Below are positions 10,204 to 20,088 of a stretch of 64,000 nt of DNA, piece by piece. The notes beneath the pieces are model-generated. The model was given only the letters and a program-made list of their open reading frames with translations, had not been told where the DNA came from and made no database searches. Location of the stretch: NCBI GenBank assembly GCA_965262915.1, contig OZ253564.1:3296001-3360000 (forward strand), in the 5' to 3' direction. Positions within the stretch are counted from its first letter, which is position 1. Every line of letters begins with the position of its first letter. Made by a program: the position numbers and the translations under genes. This stretch comes from Candidatus Spongiisociaceae bacterium. Its GTDB lineage: Bacteria; Actinomycetota; Acidimicrobiia; Spongiisociales; Spongiisociaceae.

Positions 10204-10384
10204 ACAATCCAAGTCCGGAGTTGCGGAGATCTTGGCGCAGAACGGCCTGGACGGCCCCGCTTTCGACCCGGCGGCGGTCGCCGACGTGCTGGCCGGATGG
10301 CGGGAAGCAGGCAGGGAACTGGACCGGTTGCTCGAAGACCGGACGGTCAACGATGTGACTCTCTTCGATCCGGAGTGGCGGTAG
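10196..10384 (+). CDS. Small protein coupled to amidase (GatC/AtzG-like partner?)
   Basis: 62-aa ORF overlapping the ridA stop and ending 5 nt before the amidase ATG; C-terminal FDPEWR. Confidence 0.55.
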   Translation: MAEQSKSGVAEILAQNGLDGPAFDPAAVADVLAGWREAGRELDRLLEDRTVNDVTLFDPEWR

Positions 10385-10389
10385 TGGCT

Positions 10390-11793
10390 ATGGGTGCAGG
10401 ATCGATTGCCGCGTTGGCCCGAAAGCTCAGGGCCGGTACCTCCAGTTCGGTCGAGTTGACCCGCGAGGCGCTGGACGGGATCGCCCGACTGGATGATCGA
10501 CTGAACGCCTTCGTGCTGGTCGACCGGCAAGGGGCCCTGGAGGCTGCCGAAGCCGCCGACGCCGGACTCCGCTCGGGGACGGACTCAGGGCCGCTGACCG
10601 GTATACCGGTTGGTGTCAAGGACATCATCCACATGCGAGGGCTACCGACGCGGTGCGGGTCCCCCGCCTCTTCGAACCAGGCCCGCTCAGCCGACGCGAC
10701 CGTCGTCACCCGGCTCCGCGAGGCCGGCGCCGTGATCGTCGGCAAGACCACCACCCACGAACTCGCCTGCGGCGTCTACAGCGCCCCCGCCGCCAACCCC
10801 TGGGACACGAACCGGCTCCCGGGAGGCTCGAGCGGGGGTTCCGGGGCTGCGGTCGCGGCCGGTGTGGTCCCGATGGCGCTCGGCACCGATACCGGAGGAT
10901 CGATAAGGATCCCGGCCTCGGTGTGCGGCGTAGCCGGCTTGAAGCCCACGTACGGGAGAGTCTCGCGGGCGGGTGTCGAACCGCTGGCGTGGTCGCTGGA
11001 CCATATCGGACCGCTGGCGGCCACAGTCGCCGACTGCGCCCTCTCGCTACAGGCCATGGCAGGTTTCGACCGGGCCGACGCTGCCACGACCCGCGTGCCG
11101 GTACCCGACTTCTCCGAGGGACTGGACAGGGGTGTGGACGCCTTACGGATCGGGGTGATGGCAGATGGTCCCTTCTCCCCGATGCAGGAGGATGTCGCCG
11201 AGGCGTTCGGCGAGGCGGTCGAGATGCTGAACTCTCTGGGGGCCGAGTTACTTACGGTCGACGTACCCGAACTCGACTACACGCTCCCCGCCGAGTTCGC
11301 CATTGTCGGCCCCGAAGCGGCGGCATGCCACCGGCGGTTCCTGCGGGACATTCCGGAAGCGATCTCGCCCGGTATCCGCCGGCTGCTGACAATCGGAACG
11401 GTGGTTCCCTCCATCCACTACCTGAAGGGGTTGAGCGCCCGCTTGGTGATCCGCGACGCATTGAGGACCGCTTTTGGACGCAAGGAACTGGACGTTGTGG
11501 TTACTCCGACCCTGCCCGCCACAGCGGCGCCGGCCGACCAGCAGCAATTGGAATGCGGCGGGGTGGCCGAGGACGTGACCGAGGCTTACGTGAGAACCAC
11601 CGCGCCGTTCAACCTCTCGGGACAGCCGGCGCTCAGCGTGCCGTGCGGCTTCGACAGCGATGGACTCCCGGTCGGCCTGCAGATTGCCGGGCGTCCCTTC
11701 GACGAGGCGACGGTTCTTCAGGTCGGATCCGCCTACGAGGCGTCCACTCCGTGGTTGCGCCGCCGTCCCCCCGTACATGTGGAGGCGGCATGA
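10390..11793 (+). CDS. Amidase signature family enzyme
   Basis: GVKD Lys, GGSSGGS, GTDTGGSIRIP (Ser-cisSer-Lys triad). Confidence 0.95.
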   Translation: MGAGSIAALARKLRAGTSSSVELTREALDGIARLDDRLNAFVLVDRQGALEAAEAADAGLRSGTDSGPLTGIPVGVKDIIHMRGLPTRCGSPASSNQARSADATVVTRLREAGAVIVGKTTTHELACGVYSAPAANPWDTNRLPGGSSGGSGAAVAAGVVPMALGTDTGGSIRIPASVCGVAGLKPTYGRVSRAGVEPLAWSLDHIGPLAATVADCALSLQAMAGFDRADAATTRVPVPDFSEGLDRGVDALRIGVMADGPFSPMQEDVAEAFGEAVEMLNSLGAELLTVDVPELDYTLPAEFAIVGPEAAACHRRFLRDIPEAISPGIRRLLTIGTVVPSIHYLKGLSARLVIRDALRTAFGRKELDVVVTPTLPATAAPADQQQLECGGVAEDVTEAYVRTTAPFNLSGQPALSVPCGFDSDGLPVGLQIAGRPFDEATVLQVGSAYEASTPWLRRRPPVHVEAA

Positions 11794-12806
11794 GCGCTGA
11801 CATGCGGGTGCTGGTATATGACGGCCCACATCGCTTCCATATCGAGACCCGGCCGCGCCCCGCGCCCGGTCCGGGCGAGGTGCGGATACGCATGGCCTAT
11901 GTGGGTATATGCGGATCGGACCTTCACGGCTATACCGGAGAATCAGGACGCCGGTTGCCGGGGATGATCATGGGTCACGAAGCAAGCGGATGGGTCGAGG
12001 CGGTCGGTCCGGGCGTCGCCAACCCGGAAGTAGGCACTCCGGTCACCTTCAACCCGAGCCTGCCCTGTGACGGATCGTGCGGGCACGGACCCGAGAACCA
12101 TTGCGCCGCCCTGCAAGTGATCGGTGTGACACCTGACATCCAGGGTGCTTTTGCGGACGCGATGGTGGTACCGGCGGCCCGCGTCGTTCCGCTGGGGGAA
12201 CTCGGCCTCCTCTGGGGCGCGGGGGTGGAACCCATGGCGGTGGCCCTGCAGGCCACCCGGCGGGCCGGAGTCCGGAGCGGCCAGTCGGTACTGGTGATCG
12301 GAGGCGGGATGATCGGTCAATCGATCGCCCAGACGTGCCGCCTCGAGGGCGCGTCGAGGGTGGCGGTATCCGATCCGATCGCCGACCGGCGGGCTCTGGC
12401 GACGGCCGGAGGCTTCCAGGCGCTGGAACCCGATGACGTGGAGGGAGCCGGACCATTCGACGTTTCCTTCGACGCGGTCGGCATATCGGCCACCGCGTTC
12501 GCCTCCATCCGGAGTATCCCTAAAGCGGCGGTCGCCTGCTTCGTGGGGCTAGGACTACCCGAAGTGAGCATCCCGCTCTTCGACCTCGTGGTCAGCGAGC
12601 GGAACATCGTGGGAAGCTTCTGCTACCCGGATTCGGTCTTCCGGGAGGCGGCCGCCCATCTGGAAGCCGGACGGCTCGACCTCGAGCCGTTGATCGGGAG
12701 CGTCGAGAGCTTCGAGGACATCGCCGCGGCATTCGAGGATCTGGCTACCGGCGCCCGCACGGATGTCAAGATCATGATGTCCACCGGCGCCGCGGCACCC
12801 ACATAG
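11790..12806 (+). CDS. Zinc-binding (MDR) dehydrogenase
   Basis: GICGSDLH, GHE, GGGMIG; ATGA overlap with amidase. Confidence 0.92.
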   Translation: MSADMRVLVYDGPHRFHIETRPRPAPGPGEVRIRMAYVGICGSDLHGYTGESGRRLPGMIMGHEASGWVEAVGPGVANPEVGTPVTFNPSLPCDGSCGHGPENHCAALQVIGVTPDIQGAFADAMVVPAARVVPLGELGLLWGAGVEPMAVALQATRRAGVRSGQSVLVIGGGMIGQSIAQTCRLEGASRVAVSDPIADRRALATAGGFQALEPDDVEGAGPFDVSFDAVGISATAFASIRSIPKAAVACFVGLGLPEVSIPLFDLVVSERNIVGSFCYPDSVFREAAAHLEAGRLDLEPLIGSVESFEDIAAAFEDLATGARTDVKIMMSTGAAAPT

Positions 12807-12897
12807 GTGTCAGGTGCCAGGTGCCAGGTGCCAGTGATGGAGCTAATAGTCCCACTGACACCCGACACCCGACACCCGACACCCGACACCCGACACC
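12806..12897. repeat. Heptamer tandem repeats forming an imperfect inverted repeat
   Basis: (aggtgcc)n left arm, (gacaccc)n right arm, core cagtg...cactg. Confidence 0.85.
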
Positions 12898-12907
12898 AAG
12901 GAGCACC

Positions 12908-13726
12908 ATGCCGTTCGCATCGTTGCCCACCGGCATCGACATGTACTACGAGATCGAGGGCTCCGGCGATCCTTTGCTGCTGATCATGGGGACCGCCGCC
13001 GACCATTCCACCTGGGCCGGGCAGGTAGCCGCCTACTGCGATCACTACACGGTGATCACCTACGACGCCCGCGGTACCGGGCAGTCGACCCGGCCGGCCG
13101 ATCCCACCGGCTATTCGATGGCTGTCCTGGGAGACGACGCAGCCGCCCTCCTGGATCATCTGGGCGTCGACCGGGCCCATGTCTCCGGTCTCTCCCTCGG
13201 CAGCGCCACCGCCCAGGAGCTGACCATCAACCATCCCGGAAGAGTGGCCTCCGTCCAACTCCATTGCACGTGGGGTCGCTCGGACGAGTGGTTCATCAGG
13301 ATGATCGAGACCAACGAGCTACCGGTGCTCCACGACGACTACGCCACCTACATCAGGACCGCACTGCTCTGGGTGGCGAGCCCCCACTTCATCAACCAGC
13401 GGACCGACGACGCGGAGGCCTTCGAGCGCGCGTTCATCTTCGAGAACCCCCATCCTCCCAGCAAGGAGGGCATGCTCGGGCACTTCCACGCCGACAAGAC
13501 CCACGACACCCTCGACCGGCTGCACCGCATCTCGGTACCCACCCTGATCACGTCCGGAGAGGTCGACTGGCAGGTGCCGACCCGCTACGGGCTCGCAGTG
13601 CAGCGCCGCATACCGGGATCGACCATGCACGTCTTCACCGGTCCGGCCTCCAGCCACATCGCCTTCTACGAGATGGCCGACGAATGGAACACCTTCACCC
13701 TGGGGTGGTTGAAGCGACTGGGATAG
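12908..13726 (+). CDS. Alpha/beta hydrolase (RutD/PcaD-like)
   Basis: YDARGTGQS, GLSLG, GEVD, SSH; AAGGAG SD. Confidence 0.9.
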   Translation: MPFASLPTGIDMYYEIEGSGDPLLLIMGTAADHSTWAGQVAAYCDHYTVITYDARGTGQSTRPADPTGYSMAVLGDDAAALLDHLGVDRAHVSGLSLGSATAQELTINHPGRVASVQLHCTWGRSDEWFIRMIETNELPVLHDDYATYIRTALLWVASPHFINQRTDDAEAFERAFIFENPHPPSKEGMLGHFHADKTHDTLDRLHRISVPTLITSGEVDWQVPTRYGLAVQRRIPGSTMHVFTGPASSHIAFYEMADEWNTFTLGWLKRLG

Positions 13727-13736
13727 GCCGCGGAAT

Positions 13737-14117
13737 TCAGATCAGGCGGACCGGGACTCCGAGCGCTCCGGCCAGACGAGCCACATCCCGGCGGTCTCCT
13801 GTGACGACCTCGTCGCCGCGCCGGTCGGCGCCCTCCACCACCGACACGTCGACCACGTCCGGGACGCCGGATCGGCGGGACTCGGCACCCACCCGGCGGG
13901 CCAACGCCTCATCGAGCGCCTCGATACGGCAACCCTTCAAGAACCGTGATAGCAACGGCTGCGGGCCACCACGCCACGCCTGAGCCAGGACACCGGCGGG
14001 CACCGTGGGCGTCATACCCCGTGCCAGCGCCTCCTTGTGGATCGTCCAGACATCGTCTCGGTTCCTCTCGGCGCCGATCAGGGCCCCGGTGTCATACGTA
14101 ACACCAGATACGGTCAG
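13737..14117 (-). CDS. PIN-domain (VapC-like) toxin
   Basis: TYDTGALIGAER, VLAQAWRGG, DVVDVSV, VTGD; start uncertain (CTG overlapping the upstream stop). Confidence 0.8.
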   Translation of the reverse strand: MTVSGVTYDTGALIGAERNRDDVWTIHKEALARGMTPTVPAGVLAQAWRGGPQPLLSRFLKGCRIEALDEALARRVGAESRRSGVPDVVDVSVVEGADRRGDEVVTGDRRDVARLAGALGVPVRLI

Positions 14118-14488
14118 GTGTCCACCCCGATCCCGAGCCTGTCCAAGACCGCAGCCGCCCAGGCCTCTTGCTCGGGAGTGAAGGCGCCGTACTCGACCTC
14201 GTACTCGGCGACCGCCGCCAGGCCCTCTTCCAGACGTTTGGCCCGCTCCTCGGGGGTTTCCTCGACCGGCGTCCAATCATCATCATCGAGATCACCCGAC
14301 ACTCGGCGATCCGCCTTGGACAACTGGATCACATACAGCCGGAAATCCCCGTCGTCCCCGTCCGGCGGAGGAATCTCCATCGGCGGGCACCCGAGGGCGT
14401 AGGCCAGCTTGAACAGGTCCCGGTCCCCTTCCCTCTGAGGGCGTTCCTTCAAGGTGATGTCAAATCCTTCAACAACCATGTTAAACAC
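14114..14488 (-). CDS. Putative antitoxin
   Basis: Acidic; C-terminal LAAVAEYEVEYGAFTPEQ resembles actinobacterial VapB tails; directly upstream of the PIN gene. Confidence 0.6.
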   Translation of the reverse strand: MFNMVVEGFDITLKERPQREGDRDLFKLAYALGCPPMEIPPPDGDDGDFRLYVIQLSKADRRVSGDLDDDDWTPVEETPEERAKRLEEGLAAVAEYEVEYGAFTPEQEAWAAAVLDRLGIGVDT

Positions 14489-14577
14489 TATACAACGATC
14501 AGACCTGGATGTGAAGAGGCATGACTTCGCGACCTGACAGGGACCTCAACCGATCGCTCTTGGCGACCGACCACCGG

Positions 14578-15360
14578 TCAGTGGGCCGTCCAGCCTCCGT
14601 CCACTGCCAGAACGGCGCCCGTTACGTAGCTCGAAGCGTCCGAGGCCAGGTAGAGGGCCGCTCCTTGGATCTCGTGGAGCTCACCCCAGCGCTTCATCGC
14701 CACCTCCTGGTCGAGCACGCGGACCGCATGCTCGCTGTGCTGGAACGGGATGTTCATGTCGGTCAGGAACGGCCCCGGGGCGATGGTGTTCACGGTGACG
14801 GCGTAACCCGCCCACTCCATGGCGAGAGCCCGGGTGAGTTGGACCATGGCCCCCTTCGTGGTCGCATAGGCGGTCCGCTCGGCCACGCCTACCACCCCGA
14901 AGGCCGACGAGATATTGATTACCCGACCGTGACCCGATGCCTTGAGATACGGCCCGGCAGCCTTGCACAGCGCCCAAGCGCCGGTGACGTTGACCGCCCT
15001 GGAACCCTCGAAGGCCGCCCGATCGATGGCCTCGATGAAACCCCGGATGTTGATCCCGGGGCTGTTGACCAGGATGTCGAGACCGCCCAACTCCGCAACG
15101 GTCCGCTCGATGGCCGCGATCGCATCGGCGCCGTCAGCCACGTCACCGGGTATTGCGACGGCCCGGCCACCTGTGGTCCGAGCGATTCTCTCCGCGGACT
15201 CGGCGAGCGTCGTCCATCGCGGCTCATCACAGCCATGGATGCCCCGGCCCAGGAAAGCCCCTCTGCTATCGCCGCGCCCAACCCCCGGGGTTCCCCCGGT
15301 CACGAGGGCTACCCGGCCGTCGACGCGGAGGAGACCGAGCGGGTTATCCGCCGTGGGCAT
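14578..15360 (-). CDS. SDR oxidoreductase with a compensated +1/-1 frameshift in the N-terminal region
   Basis: YATTK and VNTIAPG intact; the GLGAAIAEGL segment lies in another frame between ~15285 and ~15211. Confidence 0.85.
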   Translation of the reverse strand: MPTADNPLGLLRVDGRVALVTGGTPGVGRGDSRGAFLGRGIHGCDEPRWTTLAESAERIARTTGGRAVAIPGDVADGADAIAAIERTVAELGGLDILVNSPGINIRGFIEAIDRAAFEGSRAVNVTGAWALCKAAGPYLKASGHGRVINISSAFGVVGVAERTAYATTKGAMVQLTRALAMEWAGYAVTVNTIAPGPFLTDMNIPFQHSEHAVRVLDQEVAMKRWGELHEIQGAALYLASDASSYVTGAVLAVDGGWTAH

Positions 15361-15883
15361 CCGCGTAGGAAGCCCCGCCCGTTCCTTCCACCCAGTAGCG
15401 CCGGGCCCATCCGACTCCCTGCCAGCTGGTTATCTCGGTGGGGACCACCTTGATGAGCCAGCGCGGCTGGTTGATGGTCCCCGTCAGGTATTCGGGACCG
15501 TTCGGTCCGAGATACCGGTACGACATCTCCTTGGCCACTTCGACCCACATGCGGCCGACATTGGGCTCCTCGACGACCTCGGCGTTGCCCTGCATGATGA
15601 CCTTCGGGATCTCCATGCTCCTGCCCGACTCGTCGGGCTCGCTGTGCGGGGCGTCCACCACCAGCGAGACACGCGGATCGTTCTTCATGTATTCGCACCA
15701 GACTGCTCGCTGCCTGCCCACCAGCCACATGGCCGCTCCGTCCCACTGGTACCAGAGGGGTATTACATAGGGAGCGCCGTCGGGTGTGAGACATGCCACC
15801 CGGGCCAGATAGTCCCCGTCCAGGAACTGCTCGAACTCGTTGTCGTCCAGTCCCCCCAGCCTCCCCCGGAAATCCTCGGCCAT
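15344..15883 (-). CDS. Pyridoxamine 5'-phosphate oxidase-like (PPOX, possibly F420-dependent) protein
   Basis: DGAPYVIPLWY, KNDPRVSLVVD, RYLG, split-barrel pattern. Confidence 0.85.
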   Translation of the reverse strand: MAEDFRGRLGGLDDNEFEQFLDGDYLARVACLTPDGAPYVIPLWYQWDGAAMWLVGRQRAVWCEYMKNDPRVSLVVDAPHSEPDESGRSMEIPKVIMQGNAEVVEEPNVGRMWVEVAKEMSYRYLGPNGPEYLTGTINQPRWLIKVVPTEITSWQGVGWARRYWVEGTGGASYADAHGG

Positions 15884-16139
15884 CCGTTCACCTTTCTGCT
15901 CGACATCTCGCTGCGGCACCGCCATCAGGGCGGGTGCTCAGCCCATACTATCCCTAGCAGGGTGCTGGAAAATGGGCAATGGTTGGCCCGTCGTCCGCTG
16001 ACGTGGCGTCGTGTTGCCGACCGTCGGGCAAACGGGGGTTTTGCCCACCCTCCTAGAACCGGCAGGGCCGATGGTCTCCGGGTCCGCCACCCGACTATCC
16101 CGGCCGAACTACGTCAAGGCTGGTCGCAAACGGCGTAGA

Positions 16140-17210
16140 ATGGTGCGCCATGCCGACCGACCAAGCCTCGCGCCTTCCGCTGTGACCGACAGTCGAGCCG
16201 CCCTCTCTGTCCGCGACCTCGTCAAGACCTTCACCATCGGCGGCGGGGTGTTCGGTGGCCACAAGGGCGAGGTGTCGGCGGTGGCGGGTATCTCGTTCGA
16301 CATACGGTCGGGCACGACGTTGGGTCTGGTGGGCGAGTCGGGTTGCGGTAAATCCACCACCGCCCGCAGCATCCTCCGCCTCATCGAACCCACCTCCGGG
16401 GAGGTGATCCTGCGCCGCCCGATGGATGGCGGCGGCACCGAGCAGATCGATGTCATGGCGGCCGACCGCAAACAACTGCGGGAACTGCGCCGCCACATGC
16501 AGATCGTCTTCCAGGACCCCTTCGCCTCGCTTAACCCGCGCATGTCGGTGGGAGCGGCCATCGGTGAGTTGCTGCATGTGCATACCGGCATGTCCCGGTC
16601 GGACCGCACCCGGACGGTGGGAGAACTCCTGACACTCGTCGGTATGAACCCCAACATCGCCGACCGGTACCCGCACGAGTTCTCGGGCGGGCAGCGCCAG
16701 CGGATCGGAGTGGCGCGGGCCCTGGCCCTCAACCCGGGCTTCCTGATCCTCGACGAGCCGGTCTCGGCGCTCGATGTCTCCATCCAGGCCCAGGTGCTGA
16801 ACCTGCTGGAGGAACTTCAGGACCGGCTCGGCCTCACGTACCTGTTCATCGCCCACGATCTGGCGGTCGTGCGGCACATATGCGACGACACCGCGGTCAT
16901 GTACCTGGGCAAGATCGTCGAGCAGACCGCCACCGACGAACTGTTCGCCCGACCTATGCACCCCTACACCCACGCCCTTCTGTCGGCCGTACCCACCCCC
17001 AACCCGCGAATCCAGCGACAGCGGTCCCGCATCCTCCTGGAAGGGGACGTACCGAGCCCCCTCAATCCTCCGTCCGGGTGCCGCTTCCATACCCGCTGCC
17101 CGGTGGGGAAGGACAAGGAGATCTGCCGGATCGAGGAGCCGCCCCTCGAGGAGCAGGCTCCCGGGCACTCGGTGGCGTGCCACTTTCCCGAAGTCAAGTC
17201 GATCATCTGA
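16140..17210 (+). CDS. Peptide-type ABC transporter ATP-binding protein (OppF-like)
   Basis: [30 protein letters not shown]-terminal CRFHTRCP; start may be 16182. Confidence 0.93.
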   Translation: MVRHADRPSLAPSAVTDSRAALSVRDLVKTFTIGGGVFGGHKGEVSAVAGISFDIRSGTTLGLVGESGCGKSTTARSILRLIEPTSGEVILRRPMDGGGTEQIDVMAADRKQLRELRRHMQIVFQDPFASLNPRMSVGAAIGELLHVHTGMSRSDRTRTVGELLTLVGMNPNIADRYPHEFSGGQRQRIGVARALALNPGFLILDEPVSALDVSIQAQVLNLLEELQDRLGLTYLFIAHDLAVVRHICDDTAVMYLGKIVEQTATDELFARPMHPYTHALLSAVPTPNPRIQRQRSRILLEGDVPSPLNPPSGCRFHTRCPVGKDKEICRIEEPPLEEQAPGHSVACHFPEVKSII

Positions 17211-17222
17211 GGAGCCTCCGGA

Positions 17223-18011
17223 GTGGCCTTCGTCGACATCCGCGACGGTAATCCCCTCATAACGACCCTCGCCGAGGGTGGCACCGCGGTCGGGATGTTC
17301 CTGCGGCTGCCGGGCATGGAGCTGGCCGAACTGTGCGGGCACGCCGGTTGTGACTTTGTGCTCATCGACATGGAGCACAGCAGCATCACATGGGAACAGG
17401 CAGGGGCGATGATCCTGGCAGCCGAGTCCGCGGGTACCGTACCGGTCCTGAGGCTGTCCAACCCGGCGAGGGACCTGATAACGAGGGCCCTCGACGTGGG
17501 CGCTCACGGGATCATGATCGCCCAGGTGGACAGCCCGGAGACGGCCCGGGCGGTGGTGGCCGCGACCCGCTACGGATCAGGCGGTACGCGGGGGACGGCC
17601 GGGTCCCGGAGGAGCGGTTTCGGGCTGAAGATACCCCTCGGCGAGTTCACGGAGGCGGCCAACCGGGCCACCTTCGTATCGGTCCAGATCGAGTCGGCCC
17701 GGGGGGTGCGGAACGCATCCGCCATCGCTGCCGTACCCGGGATCGACTGCATCGTCGCCGGGCTCTCCGACCTCACGGTCGATCTCGGCCTCTCCGGGCA
17801 GTGGACCCACCCGTCGGTGGTGGATCGAGCGATGGAGATCAAGGGTGCCTGTGACGCCCACGGGATCGCCTTCGGGGTACCCGCGCCCGATATCGGGTTC
17901 GCCCGCCGATACCTGGAACGGGGGGCCCGTCTCGTCGCCGCGGGCGACGTGGGCCTGTTCGGCCGGGCGATGCGGAGCTTCGTGGAAGGGGTGAGGGCAT
18001 CCGGCGGCTGA
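17223..18011 (+). CDS. HpcH/HpaI aldolase family protein
   Basis: DFVLIDMEH, ALDVGAHG, VQIES, GLSDL. Confidence 0.9.
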   Translation: MAFVDIRDGNPLITTLAEGGTAVGMFLRLPGMELAELCGHAGCDFVLIDMEHSSITWEQAGAMILAAESAGTVPVLRLSNPARDLITRALDVGAHGIMIAQVDSPETARAVVAATRYGSGGTRGTAGSRRSGFGLKIPLGEFTEAANRATFVSVQIESARGVRNASAIAAVPGIDCIVAGLSDLTVDLGLSGQWTHPSVVDRAMEIKGACDAHGIAFGVPAPDIGFARRYLERGARLVAAGDVGLFGRAMRSFVEGVRASGG

Positions 18012-18928
18012 CCCGCGACAAGACGCGCTTCTCCTTCGACGCCTCGGTCGAACCGGCCATCACCGTAGCGCCCGGCGAGTCGATCATCGTCGAGACACAG
18101 GACGCCCACAGCGGCACGATCACCGGCCCCGAAGTCGTCTACGAGACGCTCGACGACGTGATGGACCGCATCGGAGGCGCCAACCCGGTGACCGGCCCGA
18201 TCTCCGTCGACGGGTTGAGGGCTGGGGAGTGCGTCGAGGTCCGTATCGAAGAAGTGGAAGGCGCTCCCGTCACCGGCTTCGGGTACATGAACACCACCCC
18301 CACCCTTCACTCCGGGTTCGCAGCCGAGACCGTCATATGCCACCGGCGGGACGACCTGGTGGCGATACCGACCCGGCAAGGCCCGGTCATGATCCCCTAC
18401 CGGCCCTTCGTGGGGACGATCGGCGTGGCGCCGGCCGGCGGGCCCGTCCTGTCGTTCGGGCAAAGCACCGAGATCCTGGGAAACGTCGACCTGCCCGAGG
18501 TGTCCCGCGGAGCCTCGGTGATCATGAGGGCCGCGGTGGATGGGGCGTTCGTCTCGCTCGGAGATGCGCACCTGGCCCAGGGTGATGCCGAGATCCACCG
18601 CTCGGCCATCGAGTGCCAGGCCGATGTTCGGCTTCACCTCCGGTGCCGGGATCCGGACGAAGTCGGATTCTCCGGGCTCCCGCAGGTCAACACGCGCACC
18701 GAATGGGGCAGCGTGGCACCCGGACCCGGGCACCTGGAGGATCTGGTGAGAGGCGCCTACGACGATCTGGCCCGGCGCCTGCGCCACTCCGGCCGGTTCA
18801 CCCTCCCCGAGGCCTACCGTCTGGTGGGCGCGGTGGGTACCGTAAGGGTCGGCCAGGTGGTACCTCCCGTGTACTCCGCCCTGGCCAAGATCGAGCGACG
18901 CTACGTGGAGGAGGTCCTGACATGGTGA
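18008..18928 (+). CDS. Acetamidase/formamidase family protein
   Basis: VAPGESIIVETQDA, NPVTGPI, PFVGTIGVAP, GNVD, GDAHLAQGDAE; homology extends ~150 nt upstream of the first canonical start (18158). Confidence 0.85.
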   Translation: MTRDKTRFSFDASVEPAITVAPGESIIVETQDAHSGTITGPEVVYETLDDVMDRIGGANPVTGPISVDGLRAGECVEVRIEEVEGAPVTGFGYMNTTPTLHSGFAAETVICHRRDDLVAIPTRQGPVMIPYRPFVGTIGVAPAGGPVLSFGQSTEILGNVDLPEVSRGASVIMRAAVDGAFVSLGDAHLAQGDAEIHRSAIECQADVRLHLRCRDPDEVGFSGLPQVNTRTEWGSVAPGPGHLEDLVRGAYDDLARRLRHSGRFTLPEAYRLVGAVGTVRVGQVVPPVYSALAKIERRYVEEVLTW

Positions 18929-20088
18929 GGCCGTCGCGAGCCGTCGAGTCGTTGCCGCGCTCGGGCATCCGGGAGATCATGGAACTGGCCTGGACGGTGG
19001 GTGACGCCATCCACCTCGAAGTGGGCGAACCGAACTTCCCCACACCTGACCACATCGTGGAAGCAGCTCACCAGGCCGCCGTCGACGGCTTCACCCGCTA
19101 CACACCCAACGCCGGGATCCCCGAGCTGCGAGAGGTCCTTTCGACGAAGGTCCGCGAACGGAACGGTATCGACGCCCAGCCCGACCGGATCGTGGTGACG
19201 CCGGGATCGGTGGTGGGCCTCTACAGCGTCATCGCCGCTATAGCCGACCCCGGATCGGAAATCCTCGTGAGCGACCCGAGCTGGCCCAACTACCACCTGA
19301 TGATGAACCTGCTGGGGATACGGCCTGCTCTGTTCCCTCTCGCCGCGGAAGACGACTTCGTACCGAACGCCGCCAGCATCGAACCGCACATCACGGATCG
19401 CACCACCGCGCTGCTCCTCAACTCGCCGGGGAATCCTACCGGCGCCACCACTTCCGCCGAGGCTCTCGCGGATCTCGTCGAACTCGCCCGCGCCCACGAC
19501 CTGTGGCTTCTGTCCGACGAGGTTTACGACGAGATCTGGTTCGACTCGCCCGCGGTGTCCGCCGGGCCGCTCGATCCCGACGGTCGGGTGATCACCTTCT
19601 TCAGCTTCTCCAAGACCTACGCGATGACCGGATGGCGGGTCGGTTACCTGGTGGCGCCCCCCGGCCTGACCGAAAGTGTGATCAAGGCGCAGGAACCGAT
19701 CACGTCCTGCGTGAACGCCCCGGCGCAAAAAGCCGCCGTGGCCGCCATTACGGGACCGCAGGAGATCGTTTCCGAGATGCGCAAGTCCTACCACGAACGG
19801 CGGGACCTCACCCTCGATCTGCTCGACGACGAGGGCATCCCCTACGTGCGGCCCACCGGCGCCTTCTACCTGATGGTGGACATCAGTGGCAGCGGACTGA
19901 GCGATCTCGAATTCGCCCGCCGGCTGGTACTCGAACGCGGCGTGGCGGTGGTACCCGGAACCGCGTTCGGTCCCGACAGCGGCGCCTACGTACGCGTGTC
20001 CCTCGCCACCGCCACCGAACCCCTCCTCGAAGGGGTGGGCCGGTTGGCCGAAGCCGTGAAGACCTGGCGCGCCGGCGTCAGAAGTTGA
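18922..20088 (+). CDS. PLP-dependent class I/II aminotransferase
   Basis: GEPNF, NSPGNPTG, SDEVY, SFSKTYAMTGWRVG. Confidence 0.95.
   Translation: MVRPSRAVESLPRSGIREIMELAWTVGDAIHLEVGEPNFPTPDHIVEAAHQAAVDGFTRYTPNAGIPELREVLSTKVRERNGIDAQPDRIVVTPGSVVGLYSVIAAIADPGSEILVSDPSWPNYHLMMNLLGIRPALFPLAAEDDFVPNAASIEPHITDRTTALLLNSPGNPTGATTSAEALADLVELARAHDLWLLSDEVYDEIWFDSPAVSAGPLDPDGRVITFFSFSKTYAMTGWRVGYLVAPPGLTESVIKAQEPITSCVNAPAQKAAVAAITGPQEIVSEMRKSYHERRDLTLDLLDDEGIPYVRPTGAFYLMVDISGSGLSDLEFARRLVLERGVAVVPGTAFGPDSGAYVRVSLATATEPLLEGVGRLAEAVKTWRAGVRS

Noticed and set aside
10653-11789. Long N-terminal extension making a 717-aa dehydrogenase fusion
   Set aside because: The extension is an alternative frame of the amidase; the true start is ATG 11790 with an SD and ATGA overlap.
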